In this document: in pieces, positions 1 to 26,900 of the stretch
Layout: each line of letters begins with the position of its first letter
Position numbering within the stretch: position 1 is the stretch's first letter
Origin: Macrostomum lignano
Taxonomy: Eukaryota
Reading direction: 5' to 3'
DNA: 64,000 nt
Assembly (NCBI GenBank): GCA_002269645.1
Contig: NIVC01000224.1
Coordinates: 248,001-312,000 of the forward strand
Notes under the pieces: generated by a model
Databases searched by the model: none
What the model was told of the DNA's origin: nothing
What the model saw: only the letters and a program-made list of their open reading frames with translations
Position numbers and translations under genes: made by a program

Positions 1-589
1 GCGCAAATGGCGAAGACTTCGTACGTGTAGCTTGCGCGTACCCTCGCCATCAAACAAACGACTGCGTACACCATCGTGAAATATGGAAGGCCCGCAAAGC
101 TTCCGCGAGGGGAGGTGGCACCTTTTCGGGTCGACCAAGAAATGCTGGACTTCATGGAGGAAGCCATTTACCACGAACCCGACTGTGACTTTAGCCGAGT
201 TGAAAACTGGATTTGCATGCTCGGTATCCTGACATACAAGCATGAGGTCGCCATCGCAACAACATGTCGGCACTTCGACGTGCTGTTGTACACAACGAAG
301 CTCGTGAGAGAGTTGCAGTCCCGCGTAGTCAACAGTCCAAAGATCCAGTGGACGAGTTCGGCTTCAATTGTTGGACTCGACGCACACAGGGGGGCGTACA
401 GATTCGTCGCTGATTTAAAGGGTCCTCCGTTTGTCGGTTTGCTGCGCAGTATCTCCAGGGGTTGGATGGAGCAATGCACTTCAAAACTATCCAATTGGCA
501 TGACGAAGGACTGCTTTGGTGAATTTCTCAACATCCTGGCCGGCAACATCCAAGCTGCACTCAATGTGCCAGCATACATTATCTACGAG
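1..589 (+). pseudogene. Decayed Tc1/mariner-IS630 (DDE_3-type) transposase fragment
   Basis: Pieces in different frames read LARTLAIKQTTAYTIVKYGRPAKLPRG...VDQEMLDFMEEAI (HTH region), VDEFGFNCWTRRTQG (first catalytic D, 348-392) and SVCCAVSPGVG...GMTKDCFGEFLNILAGNIQAALNVPAYIIYE (approach to the second D). There is an in-frame TAG at 28-30 and at least two frameshifts. The element starts outside the window. Confidence 0.7.
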
Positions 590-1987
590 CCATTTTATTT
601 GCAGAGCCATTTTATTTGCACACCCGTGCAGATAGTGCTGACACCTGGCATCGCGGCCAGAGTATCAGGCCGCGGATGACCTCGTTTGGCTCGGGGGCCG
701 CGCTTCGGCTGCGGCAGCAAAGCTCATCACAGCAGGGACTCGCAGAGGTCAGCGCAGCGCGCAACGCCGCACTGAGCGGCGGCGCGAGCGCAACCGGCGA
801 GGGCGACTCCGTGGCGCGGCCAGGCGCCTGTTGTCCGCAGTCCCTGCTACCTCAACTATGGATCCGCCGGGTGGCGCCGGGGACCACGAGGCCAACCTCC
901 ATCTGGCCCCTATTCCTAAGGGATTGGATAGGATCTGCGGACCGATTCCAATACCCTTAGAGGATTATCAATTGATGATTTTGGTACCCTAGAGTAACCG
1001 ATAGGGGCACACGACTCCGATTCCGTTATTTAAAGAAGAAGACGCCCTTTCTTGAGAACCTCGAATCTGTGTTTAAAAAGAAATTTGTCAAACAGCAGCA
1101 CAACAGTAACAGCTCTGAAAACTTCTTTATTTCACGCAACATATTGGCAGCTGCCGGTAAAAGTAAACGCAATTGTTATCTAAAGTACGTTACTACTAAA
1201 AATATCAATAAAACCAACTGCAAGACAGCAGAAACCGGTACATTAGCTTGGCTGGTACATATTTGGAAGTTTTAAAATTCAATAAAAGCTATCACAGATA
1301 TTATCAGGACTCATAAAGCCTCCAATATTAGATGAGACAGATGAGTAGAAATGCATGCAATTGAGCACTGTCAAGCATCAGATTTGCAACAACTCACATG
1401 GTAAAGTCAAACACTTGAGAATGCTTTGAGTCAAACTGTCTGAATAGAACAGATACAAATCATATTTTATTGGAGCACGGCTTAACAAATAAACTCTAAC
1501 AGCAACTTTGAGTAGCCTCAAGCGGCAGAAGCTCTGATGAGACAAAAATCTGGCGCCAGCATTCATGTTTAGAATGTCACCTGATTATTCGCTTATTCTT
1601 CACTTATTCACGAAGGTAGCCAGAATAACCTGGTAGTTTAGAAGTTAAACCCACAGATGAACCTCCTGATCAATCATAATCACAGATTAGCTCTACAAGC
1701 AGATCTAAAGGAAAACCAAATCAACGCGTCAATGTAAAGTCTGCTAACAGAATTCACGAAAATTGGTGCTCCGAGTTTGTAACTGAAATTTTGAAATTTG
1801 GCAAAGCATAACAATTTCGTAAAGCAGATCCATTTAAAAATCAAAGACGAGCTCATTTTCTATTCTGTGCTCACAGGCTGCGGTAAAACAGCTCCAATTA
1901 ATTGGTCCAACATGCAGATTATAAAAATAAAAATTTGTAATTCAGCAAAAACATGGCGATAACAGGTAAATTCACAATCATCCGCCG

Positions 1988-3523
1988 TCAATCAGCAGAA
2001 CCAGTTGAAACTCGGTAAAATCTGATGGAGAGGCTTTCTTCCTGGCACACGGCAAGCAGCTCGGAGTGCCCTTCAACGATGGCCAAGCCATACGGATGGT
2101 TTATTTTGTCTTCGCTACTGTCAGCCTCGCCCTCGACTCCGACAGTCTGCAGCACAGTGCCGTCACTACGCATCACACGAACCACATGATTAAAACACTC
2201 GCTGACGAACACCAGACCCGAGCGATGAGCAGCGACTCCTGCAGGACTCTGAAGCTTATCAAAACGACTTCGCTTAGTCGGGTAGGTAGAGATCAGCTGA
2301 CCGCTGTCAATGCACACTTTGTAGAGCTTACCAGCTTCCCAATCGGTAATCAGCACCGCATGGTCGATGATCGACATGGATTCGTCAAATATTTGTCCAT
2401 AAGGCACGCCACAGACAGAAACGCAGGTCTGCAGCTGGCCGCTGTCTTTGTCGATGCACAGCAGCTGCATTTCCGAGCCGCTTTTGTCCAGAGCAATTAT
2501 CTTGTCAGAGCTGCAGGTCAGCCCCATAAATGTGACTGGCCGTCCGAGGCTGCTCGAGTTGATCTCGAGCGACGCCTGACCGCTCAGGTCCGACGCCTTC
2601 ACCCAGTTTTGTTGCGAGATGTACAGAGCTTGGCGCTTGCTGTCACAGCTGAGTCCTGTGATTGGCGTGGACCAGTCGAGATCGACATGAACTTTCAGCC
2701 TCACGGATCCGTCAATCGAACACGCGAGAAGGTAATCCAGATCGGATAGCAAATCAAAAGCTACGAACAGACACGGCTCGGGAAGCATCTGTGCACCATC
2801 GACCGCAGACTCCGCCTTCACCACTTTGCTGCCTGAAGCATCAGCGGAGAAGCCCTTCGTGTTGCTGCAGCATGAAACCCAAAGAGGCAAACCACCGAGT
2901 CCCTGGATCTCGCTGTGGAACTCACAAATGCTCTGCTTCTCCTCGCTCAGCGGACCAACACTCTCGCACAGCTTCATCACATCGCTCAGCTGCCTGTCAA
3001 TCAGCAGCTGAAAGTCTCTCACGCCTCCGCTCACGTCGCCAATGTCTCTGCCGACTTACTCAAAGCTGTCTCTCTTTTCATCCAAGTCGCCGCACTCCGC
3101 ACTCACTGCAGCTGAGAGTGAGAGCAATGTCTTCAGGTCAGCATTGGCCTCAGCTTCAGTAAGGCCAATCTCATACTCCTGCAGCACTGACAGCTCATTC
3201 AGCTTCTGCAGGCTGCTCTCATGTCTCACAGTCAATCGGTTGAGCACAGATTCCTTGTAGGTGAGCAGCGACTCCACAGCCGACTCGAACAGCTGCTCGA
3301 CGCTCTGCAGCTCGGCTGCTAGCGCTCGCTGATGAACTCGAAGGCCGTCTCGCAGACTCTTCAGCGGCTGCAGCTGCTCGAGCGCCTTCTGTGCGAGGTA
3401 GCGCACCGCGGCAGCGTCCTGAGCCACGTGTCTCTCGCACAGGGGCTCTGGGAGGCGAACGCCGGTACCGGTCGGGGCAGCGCTGCAGCCTCTGATGAAG
3501 CAGCTCGGGCTCGAGTCAGACAT
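1988..3523 (-). pseudogene. Coiled-coil + NHL-repeat (TRIM-NHL-like, RING-less) paralogue 1, interrupted by one in-frame TAA
   Basis: ORFs 3056-3523 and 1988-3034 are in the same frame, separated only by TAA at 3056-3058 (FE*VGRDIGDVSGG). The C-terminal NHL motif is SPAGVAAHRSGLVFVSECFNHVVRVMRSDG...HPYGLAIV. Collinear with paralogue 2. Confidence 0.7.
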
Positions 3524-5056
3524 TGTGCTTGAAGAATGGCGTTGAAAATGTGCAAAAAGTTTTCAATATATCGAATGCGCCAGGCTAAAATGCTTCATTA
3601 TTGTTTTGATAGAAAATGGATCAGCTGCGGGAGACACTGCATCAGCATTGCGCAGGACCAGCTCAGGGACTTTTACAACACCGAAAAAAGATGTCAGCTT
3701 AGTCGAACTACCGGAGCGGATTCTGTGCCGAATCCCATCGGATTGGCCACGAGGGTGCAGAGTCGTCTCATAGAAAATCATAGAAAATGGGTCATAGAAA
3801 ATCCCAGGTCTCAGCCTCAGTAGGTTAATTGGGGAGAACATAAGAAATCTTAAGTATCTGAGAGCTTGAGTTTTTTTAATTTACCTCATCAAATGATGCC
3901 TTCAGCTTAGCTCAGTCTTGAGGGGTTTCGGATCTACTCAGCTGGCACTTGTTGCTCTGTCTGATGCTGATTGCATGATCGTGTTTAAAATGAAATTTGT
4001 CGAACAGCATCACAACAATAACAGCTCTGCAAACTGATGTATTTGAGGCAACATTGGCTGCTGCTGGTAAAAGTACACGCAGTTGTTAGCTAAAGTACAC
4101 CACTAGTCACAAAAAATCAATAAACCCAACTGCAAGACAGCAGAAACCGGTACATTAGCTTGGCTGGTAAAGATTTGGAAGTTTTAAAATTCAATAAAAG
4201 TTATCACAGATGTCATCAGGACTCATAAAAACCTTCAAGATTCGTTTGCTCGTAGTACAGATGAGTAGCAATGCATGCAATTGAGCACTGATCAGGCATC
4301 AGATTAGCAACAACTCACATGGTGCAGTCAAACACATGAGAATGCTTTGAGTCAAACTGTCTGAGCTGAATAACAAAGACGTCAAACAAAGCCTTACGAA
4401 GCTGGCAGCCTTGGTTCTTCATCAGAGCAGCGCCTGAACTGCGCTGAGTTCGTCGGCAAATCAGATGATGTTTGAGCTCGGCCTAACAAATAAAATCACA
4501 CAGCCAAAATCTAGAGCCAGCATTCATGTCCGGAATAGCACCTGATTTATTCGCTAATTCAACACTCGTTCACCCAGGTAGCCAGAAGAACTTAGCTGCC
4601 ACCAAGTTAAACTCACAAATGAAACTCCCATTCATATTCAAGCAAAATCTAAATTTAATAATCAAATAATCAAATTTGATTATTTAATAATTTAATAAAT
4701 CTAAATCTAAATCAGCAACAGCGAACAACTTGTAACAGCGAAACCATATCAACGCCTAAATGCAAAATCTGCAACTAAATTTCACCAAGTTTGGAACTGA
4801 AATTCTCAAAATTGGTGAAACACATCCATTTAAAAGTCAAAGACGAACTCATTTTCTCTGCTGAAGTCATGGTTAAGGTAAAAATCCGCTTTGTTATACA
4901 AAATTACTGCTGTTACCAGGCACAAATTCTAAAACTATAATGGTCAAGCTTCAATTCATGTGTCAAAACACGCAGAGCATAAAAATAGTACATTTTGATA
5001 AAGCAAAAACATGCAGATGCAGAGCTGAATCGAAAGGTGATTTACAGTCATTTGTG

Positions 5057-6607
5057 TCACACGGCAGAACCAGTTGAAACTCGGTAAAATCTGATGGACA
5101 GTCCTTCCCTCTGGCACACGGCAAGCAGCTCTGAGTCGCCTTCGACGGTGCCCAAGACACACGGACAGTGCATTTTGTCTCGGCCTCTGCCAGCCTCGCC
5201 CTCGACTCCGACAGTCTGCAGCACAGTGCCGTCACTTTGCATCACACGAACCACATGCCTATTATACTCGCTGACGAACACCAGACCTGAGCGATGAGCC
5301 ACAACTCCTGCAGGACTCAGAAGCTCATCAAGACGACTTCGGCTTGTCGGGTAGGTCGAGATCAGCTGACCGCTGACGATGCACACTTTGTAGATCTTTT
5401 TAGCTGCCCAGTCAGTGATCAGCACCGCATGGTCGATGACCGACATGGATTCCGAGCGATCTGGGGAACTGGGCACGCCACCGACAGAAACGCAGGTCTG
5501 CAGCTGGCCGCTGTCTTTGTCGATGCACAGCAGCTGCATTTCCGAGCCGCTTTTGTCCAGAGCAATTATCTTGTCAGAGCTGCAGGTCAGCCCCATGAAT
5601 CTGACAGGCCGTCCGAGGCTGCTCGAGTTGATCTCGAGTGACACCTGACCGCTCAGGTCCGACACCTTGACCACGTTTTTCTGCGAGATGTACAGAGCTT
5701 GGCGCTTGCTGTCACAGCTGAGTCCTGTGATTGGCGTGAACCAGTCGAGGTCGACTTGAACTTTCAGCCTCACGGATCCGTCAATCGAACACGCGAGAAG
5801 GTAATCCAGATCGGATCGCAAATCAAAAGCTACGAACAGACACGGCTCGGGAAGCATCTGTGCACCATCGACCGCAGACTCCGCCTTCACCACTTTGCTG
5901 CCTGAAGCATCAGCGGAGAAGCCCTTCGTGTTGCTGCAGCATGAAACCCAAGCAGGCGCACCATCGAGTTCTTGGATCTCGCTGTGGAACTCACAAATGC
6001 TCTGCTTCTCCTCTCTCAGCGGACTAACACTCTCGAACAGCTTCATCACGTCCTCGAACTGCCTGTCGATGCTCAGCTGCAAGTCTCTCAGAGCTCCGCA
6101 AACGTCGCCCAGCTTCAGTCGTCCTTGTTCGTCTCCACCAGACACAGCGTTTTCGAGATCGCTGCACTCCAGCTCCATGCGAGAGCACTGCTCAAAGATG
6201 CCTCGAAGATTGTTGGCGCTTTCCGCCGCTGCCATCGAGCTGTCGAACTCCTGCAGCACTGCGAAGTCGCTCAGCTTCTGCCTTGCTGCGTCAGTTGTGG
6301 CAGTGAGTCGATTCGTAACAGCTTCCTTGTGCTTCATCAGCGACTCAATGGCGGCATTGAGCAGATCCTCAGTGACCTGTAGCTTCGCTTCTAGCGCCTG
6401 CGAGTCCGTTCTTAGCAGGTCGCGAACGAGCCTCAGAGGCTGCAGCCTCGCTTCGACTCTGGCATGAATTTCGCGCACTCTGTCGGAGTCTCGGTCCAGG
6501 TGTCTCTGGCACAGAGGCTGCAGTGTCTGAGCTCCGGCGCCAGCAGCTGCTTCGCTGCAGGTGGCCAGGGAGCAGCGCCGACTGCCTGCTTGAGTGGCTT
6601 CGGTCAT
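5057..6607 (-). CDS. Coiled-coil + NHL beta-propeller protein (TRIM-NHL-like, RING-less), single exon, 516 aa
   Basis: Intact ATG-to-TGA ORF. N-terminal C/H cluster (CSLATC...PLCQRH, degenerate B-box-like), heptad-rich coiled coil, then NHL repeats (SPAGVVAHRSGLVFVSEYNRHVVRVMQSDG). Confidence 0.8.
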   Translation of the reverse strand: MTEATQAGSRRCSLATCSEAAAGAGAQTLQPLCQRHLDRDSDRVREIHARVEARLQPLRLVRDLLRTDSQALEAKLQVTEDLLNAAIESLMKHKEAVTNRLTATTDAARQKLSDFAVLQEFDSSMAAAESANNLRGIFEQCSRMELECSDLENAVSGGDEQGRLKLGDVCGALRDLQLSIDRQFEDVMKLFESVSPLREEKQSICEFHSEIQELDGAPAWVSCCSNTKGFSADASGSKVVKAESAVDGAQMLPEPCLFVAFDLRSDLDYLLACSIDGSVRLKVQVDLDWFTPITGLSCDSKRQALYISQKNVVKVSDLSGQVSLEINSSSLGRPVRFMGLTCSSDKIIALDKSGSEMQLLCIDKDSGQLQTCVSVGGVPSSPDRSESMSVIDHAVLITDWAAKKIYKVCIVSGQLISTYPTSRSRLDELLSPAGVVAHRSGLVFVSEYNRHVVRVMQSDGTVLQTVGVEGEAGRGRDKMHCPCVLGTVEGDSELLAVCQREGLSIRFYRVSTGSAV

Positions 6608-8548
6608 GGCTCATCTGAGCTGAAGAGGAGAGTTTGGAGAAGCTGAGGCATTGTGGAGCGTGTGCTCAGGGAACTGCAGAAGCTGCACTTTTAGTCCGAT
6701 GGAGGGGCTCAGGAACTCATTTAGGACAAATGCTGACGTATTTCAATAATGGAACCATTTTGATTCAAAGTTTGTTGCAACTAAAAATGATTAATTCTAC
6801 CCCTCTTTTCACTTATCCTCCATAATTCATTTAAATTTCTATGGTGTGCACTTACACTTTTTGTGACACATCTGGCCGGCATTTATTGGAAAATGCTTGT
6901 TCTTGCTTGCCTGTTATAATGAATAACAGGAATGAGAATTCAAGTTGAGAATTTGAGTTAAAACTTATAGATGAAACTTTCGAGATAGTTGCAGCAGTAG
7001 TCATGAAGATTAGCGAGGCTTTAGCTAAGTTACCAGCTTGAAATATATTACAGACAGTTTATAATACACAAACCAAATTGTATAAATTATTCAAAACAAA
7101 AAAGTTAAACAATAAAAATGTTGGAACATTTAGACTAAGTTACTACAGTGTGTCTGAAAATCGATATTGATAATATACTGATAATATTATAATTTTAACA
7201 ATTATATTATTATTTTCATAATATTAACGTATAATCTATTATATTAATAATAGTATAATTATCAGTAAAAATTTTTATATCTAGCTACAATGACTGCAAG
7301 TAATAAAAGAGTACTCGTAAATAAAATAAGAAACATTATTTAATATTTCAGTCTAACGAATTTCTGCCTGTGCATTTTTTAGGTTATAAGATATAGAAAA
7401 TTAAATATTCGAAAACCTGACAATTAAATATATATATTGACTTCATTTATGCATACAGACAGGTAAATCTAAAATTAATAGTGACTTATTTAATCGACAA
7501 ACTACAGCTTACAGACTGTTTGTATTAATTAATATTGTAACGATGAGTCAATTAAAATCGCCATGCAGCTTATGCGTTGTATTTTGACTAAGTTAGCTTT
7601 TTTGTTCAAAATTGTATTACAAATCGATTCACAACGCAGTCAAAGGTTAACATTAATTATTGCATACAAACAATGTCTTGGTTTGAAACTCAAAACAGAT
7701 TAATAATAATAAATATAAAATAATCATAAAATAATCATATAAAATAATAATAATAAAAATTAATAATTTGCATGTAAACTACTAGTATATTGTATTAGTT
7801 ACTAATCCGCAGCAGCCATACTGAGTGCTATCTTAAATAGTATACTCGTCCGACTTCGGGTAAAGATTCGAACAACTTAACCCGAATGAGGTATCATGTT
7901 AAATGCGTGCGCTCTAATGAAGCAGTGTATAAGTAAAACAAAAAGTTGAATTCCTATAGATTTGCACGTCAATTTTTCAAGATACAGTACAGGTATAGCA
8001 ATATCTTTCACACGGTCAGAATCAGGAAACAGCTTTGCAAAATATGTTTTTTTTTCTTTCGCACCAACGAGTCACAGGCTTTACCTGCATGTGTAAACAA
8101 TCAATCAAACACTAAACTGGACATTTGTATGAGGAGCTGGTGGATGTACTGTGTACATGTACTCGTAACTTTGTTTAGACGTTTAATGGTCTTTGTCCGC
8201 CTATACGCAATCGAAGTCCATATATGCAACCAATGAAATTCTTTACTTGAACGATGTACATGTTGAGAATAAGGACCAAAGCAGATAGCAAAGATAGACA
8301 AACGGAGAGAATACATGTGCAAGAATATTCATTTGATTGAGCTTGAAAGGGAAGATCAGGGAAGAAAGAGTTCCAATACCAACTCGAGGAGCCAATCAGC
8401 TGTCAGCAGCCCTTAATCCTCATCAGCCGACCAAGGCAAAACGGATCAAATATACGAAGCCCCGATCAGACGAAAAAAGAGCGAAAATACTCTAACGCCC
8501 TCGTGCGAAAGGTTTTACTTTTCTCAGCTCAACCTCCACCGCTCAAGG

Positions 8549-22417
<13,869 letters not shown>

Positions 22418-22523
22418 CTTAATTTGAAATAAAGAAACTCAAAGCAATTGTTAAACTTAATTTTTTGCACTATAGAAAAAAACCCATACCAGTTCACTAC
22501 TGAAATCTACCAGTCAGTCTATT

Positions 22524-23198
22524 AGTATACCCACTCTACATCCGGGTCAATCTACCAGTATACCCACTCTATAACCGGGTCAATCTACCAGTATACCCAC
22601 TCTATATCCGGGTCAATCTACCAGTATACCCACTCTATATCCGGGTCAATCTACCAGTATACCCACTCTACATCCGGGTCAATCTACCAGTATACCCACT
22701 CTATATCCGGGTCAATCTACCAGTATACCCACTCTACATCCGGGTCAATCTACTAGTATACCCACTCTACATCCGGGTCAATCTACCAGTATACCCACTC
22801 TATATCCAGGTCAATCTACCAGTATACCCACTCTATAACCGGGTCAATCTATCAGTATACCCACTCTATAACCGGGTCAATCTACCAGTATACCCACTCT
22901 ATAACCGGGTCAATCTACCAGTATACCCACTCTATATCCGGGTCAATCTATCAGTATACCCACTCTACATCCGGGTCAATCTACCTGGTACCAGTATACC
23001 CACTCTATAACCGGGTCAATCTACCAGTATACCCACTCTATATCCGGGTCAATCTACCAGTATACCCACTCTATATCCGGGTCAATCTATCAGTATACCC
23101 ACTCTACATCCGGGTCAATCTACCTGGTACCAGTATACCCACTCTATAACCGGGTCAATCTACCAGTATACCCACTCCACATCCGGGTCAATCTACCA
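22524..23198. repeat. 33-bp minisatellite (ccagtatacccactctatatccgggtcaatcta), about 20 copies
   Basis: Directly visible; lies between the convergent GPCR and POLR3E 3' ends. Confidence 0.95.
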
Positions 23199-23619
23199 TT
23201 ACCCTTGTACACCCGTGTCAATAAAAAATAACTCACTCTGATACATCTGTGTTCTGACAGCTGCACCCACTAGTACCCATTCTCACAATTGTTCAAAATG
23301 GATAAAGAAAGAATTGACACTCTTAATAAAGCAAGCTTATCTGTTTATCAAAAAGCACAACTATGTATTGAATCAACTGACCTGATACGCCTGTAAGAGC
23401 ATTGCCTGTTTATGTCTCAAACACCGACAGAACAAATTTATTGTCACTTGTCAAAGACGTACAAATACCTTAAAATGATCGATTTTTTTAGTATCCTAGA
23501 TTTTTTACTTTTAGTTATCTAAATGCCAGATCGGTCATAGTAGCAGATGAAACATAAAGTACATGAGCAGTACTCAAAATCACACACCTGATCAAAGTTC
23601 TCCGCGAACCCCCACCCAT

Positions 23620-23870
23620 CCTCCTCCTATAACAGCCACCCCTCCTCCTCCTGTAACACTCACCCCTCCTCCTCCGCTAACACCCACCCCTTCTCCTCCG
23701 CTAACACCCACCCCACCTCCTCCTGTAACACTCACCCCTTCTCCTCCGCTAACACCCACCCCTTCTCCTCCGCTAACACCCACCCCTTCTCCTCCGCTAA
23801 CACCCACCCCTTCTCCTCCGCTAACACCCACCCCTTCTCCTCCGCTAACACCCACCCCTTCTCCTCCGCT
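23620..23870. repeat. 24-bp minisatellite (ccttctcctccgctaacacccacc)
   Basis: Directly visible; it generates the spurious Pro/Thr and Gly/Val ORFs. Confidence 0.92.
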
Positions 23871-23925
23871 AATAGTTAATTCAGATTGACAGGCGATAAA
23901 TCCAGCAAAAAAGCTATACATCAAT

Positions 23926-26900
23926 CTAGTGCTGATATCCCTTAGCATAATAGGCTTTACCGCGAAACACGCAATAGTCTTTAACTAGCGATTTCAAAGT
24001 TGATTCGGGCAGCGGTTCCAGCTGGGCGGCGTCGAACCGCGCTCTGAGTTGGGCCAGCGTCACCTGAGCATTGCCGGCCTTCAATGCGGCTAATAATTCT
24101 TGACGATGACGCGCGTGAGGAGGCTGGGAGTCCAATTGGGATGAGCCGCTGCTCTGGGGACTGTAGGCGTACAGACGGCAGCCACTGCCGCCCTGAAAGA
24201 TCACCAAACCGGCTGATTCAGCAGCCGAGTCGAACAGTCTGCGGCACGCTTCATCGGATGCTGGAAGGGAGGCGGCTGCTGCTGCGGCAGCGTCTCCGCT
24301 GCCACCGTCTGGCGAGGCAGTCTCGGCGCGATAGAAACGGACTAGCTCTTCGAGACCTGCCACCATGCGGTCCTGGGTTCGATTCAGGGAGGGAGGGGTG
24401 GAGTGACTTGTATTATGGTGATTCCCACCCTGCATCTCCAATGGTTTCTCACACCCTGCATCTCCAATGGTTTCTCACACCTTGCATCTCCAATGGTTTC
24501 TCACACCCTGCATCTCCAATGGTGTCTCACACCCTGCATCTCCAATGGTGTCTCACACCCTGCATCTCCAATGGTGTCTCACACCCTGCATCTCCAATGG
24601 TTTCTCACACCCTGCATCTCCAATGGTTTCTCACACCCTGCATCTCCAATGGTGTCTCACACCCTGCATCTCCAATGGTGTCTCACCCTTCACCCAGCAG
24701 TCTCACCCTCCAACCCAGCAGTCTCACCCTTCACCCAGCAGTCTCACCCTCCAACCCAGCAGTCTCACCCTTCACCCAGCAGTCTCACCCTCCAACCCAA
24801 CACTTTCACCCTCCACCCAGCAGTCTCACACTCCAACCCAGCAGTCTCACCCTTCACCCAGCAGTCTCACCCTCCAACCCAACACTTTCACCCTCCACCC
24901 AGCAGTCTCACCCTCCAACCCAACACTTTCACCCTCCACCCAGCAGTCTCACCCTCCAACCCAACACTTTCACCCTCCACCCAGCAGTCTCACCCTCCAA
25001 CCCAACACTTTCACCCTCCACCCAGCAGTCTCACCCTCCCACCAGTCAAAATTCGCAGAACCCGGTCCCCAAACTGACCTGCAATTTAGTCAATAAAAAA
25101 GCTCTTATTCGCTGTTCCAATTCGCTGCCACCGCCGGACGAAGATTCGAACTCGCGACCTTGTTGACCTTGCTGACGCCGCCTCGGGCTGGGACTTCTAC
25201 TCCGACTATTGTTGGATTGTTGATTATTATCCACCTCGTCTCCGCCGACGCTCTCGCACATGGACACGCACTGGCGTCGAGAGTACAGGCGTCTCTGCTG
25301 CCGCCCACCTCCTCGACTGCCGCCTCCACCACGACTGGGACTCTGTCGACTAGAAGTCGTCGAGGACGAATCGGACGAGCTGGCATCACCGCCGCCTCCG
25401 CCGCAGTGCGAGTAGCGAGCCGACCGAGTTCGAGACCGACGGGACGACCCGGAGCCGGAGTGTTGAGCAGCGTCCGAGATCGAAGCGGTGCGAAAATGAC
25501 GAGACGCTTTGTCTAGCTTCAACTGCTCAGACAGCAGCTTCCACTTGACGTCCCAGTAGTAGCGGGCCTTCGGGTTTGGCATTTGGAATCAGTTTTTATA
25601 CTTGTAGGATTGCGACTGCATTAATACGTTACTTGAAGTAGTGGGGACTTTCAGTTTATTATCTAAGGATTCAAGGATTAGGGGGGCGGATGGGTAACAC
25701 ACTCAAGGAGGATTAGGGGGCGGATGGGTAACACACTCAAGGAGGATTAGGGGGCGGATGGGTAACACACTGGAAGAGGATAAGGGGCGGATGGGTCACA
25801 CACCCGTGGAGGATTAGGGGCGGATGGGTAACACACTCAAGGAGGATTAGGGGGCGGATGGGTAACACACTGGAAGAGGATAAGGGGGCGGATGGGTCAC
25901 ACACCCGTGGAGGATTAGGGGGCAGATGGGTCCCACACTGAAAGAGGATTAGGGGTCGGATGAGTAACACACCCGTGGAGGATTAGGGAGCGGACGGGTC
26001 ACTCACTCGAGAATTAGGGGCGGATGGGTAACATTCAAGGAGGATTAGGGGGCGGATGGGTCACACACTCAAGGAGGATTAAGGAGCGGATGGGTCACAC
26101 ACTCATGGAGGATTAGGGGGCGGATGGGTAACACACTGGAAAAGGATTAGGGCGGATGGGTAACACACTCAAGGAGGATTAGGGGGCGGATGGGTAACAC
26201 ACTGGAAGAGGATAAGGGGCGGATGGGTCACACACCCGTGGAGGATTAGGGGGCAGATGGGTCCCACACTGAAAGAGGATTAGGGGTCGGATGAGTAACA
26301 CACCCGTGGAGGATTAGGGAGCGGACGGGTCACTCACTCGAGAATTAGGGGCGGATGGGTAACATTCAAGGAGGATTAGGGGGCGGATGGGTCACACACT
26401 CAAGGAGGATTAAGGAGCGGATGGGTCACACACTCATGGAGGATTAGGGGGCGGATGGGTAACACACTGGAAAAGGATTAGGGCGGATGGGTAACACACT
26501 CAAGGAGGATTAGGGGGCGGATGGGTAACACACTGGAAGAGGATAAGGGGGCGGATGGGTCACACACCCGTGGAGGATTAGGGGGCAGATGGGTCCCACA
26601 CTGAAAGAGGATTAGGGGTCAGATGAGTAACACACCCGTGGAGGATTAGGGAGCGGACGGGTCACTCACTCGAGAATTAGGGGCGGATGGGTAACATTCA
26701 AGGAGGATTAGGGGGCGGATGGGTCACACACTCAAGGAGGATTAAGGAGCGGATGGGTCACACACTCAAGGAGGATTAGGGGGCGGATGGGTCACACACT
26801 CATGGAGGATTAGGGGGCGGATGGGTAACACACTGGAAAAGGATTAGGGGCGGATGGGTAACACACTGGAAGAGGATAAGGGGGCGGATGGGTCACACAC

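Larger units (their letters stand above)
1057..6640. repeat. Tandem segmental duplication, about 3-kb unit (about 1057-3560 and 3980-6640)
   Basis: The 3' flanks align over about 900 bp, e.g. ccaactgcaagacagcagaaaccggtacattagcttggctggta at about 1215 and 4125. The two NHL genes align throughout. Confidence 0.85.

Noticed and set aside
3007-3058. GTAAGT...TTTCAG as an intron removing the TAA in NHL paralogue 1
   Set aside because: It would be 52 nt, shifting the frame into an immediate stop, and the segment aligns as coding sequence with paralogue 2.
24369-24385. B-box-like ggtcctgggttcgattc, identical to 56783-56799
   Set aside because: Here it straddles a POLR3E acceptor and coding sequence, and neither site folds into a tRNA cloverleaf. 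Probably chance, or a SINE remnant at 56.8 kb only.
24084-25166. Plus-strand ORFs of 200-360 aa
   Set aside because: Antisense to POLR3E exons and running through intronic repeats.
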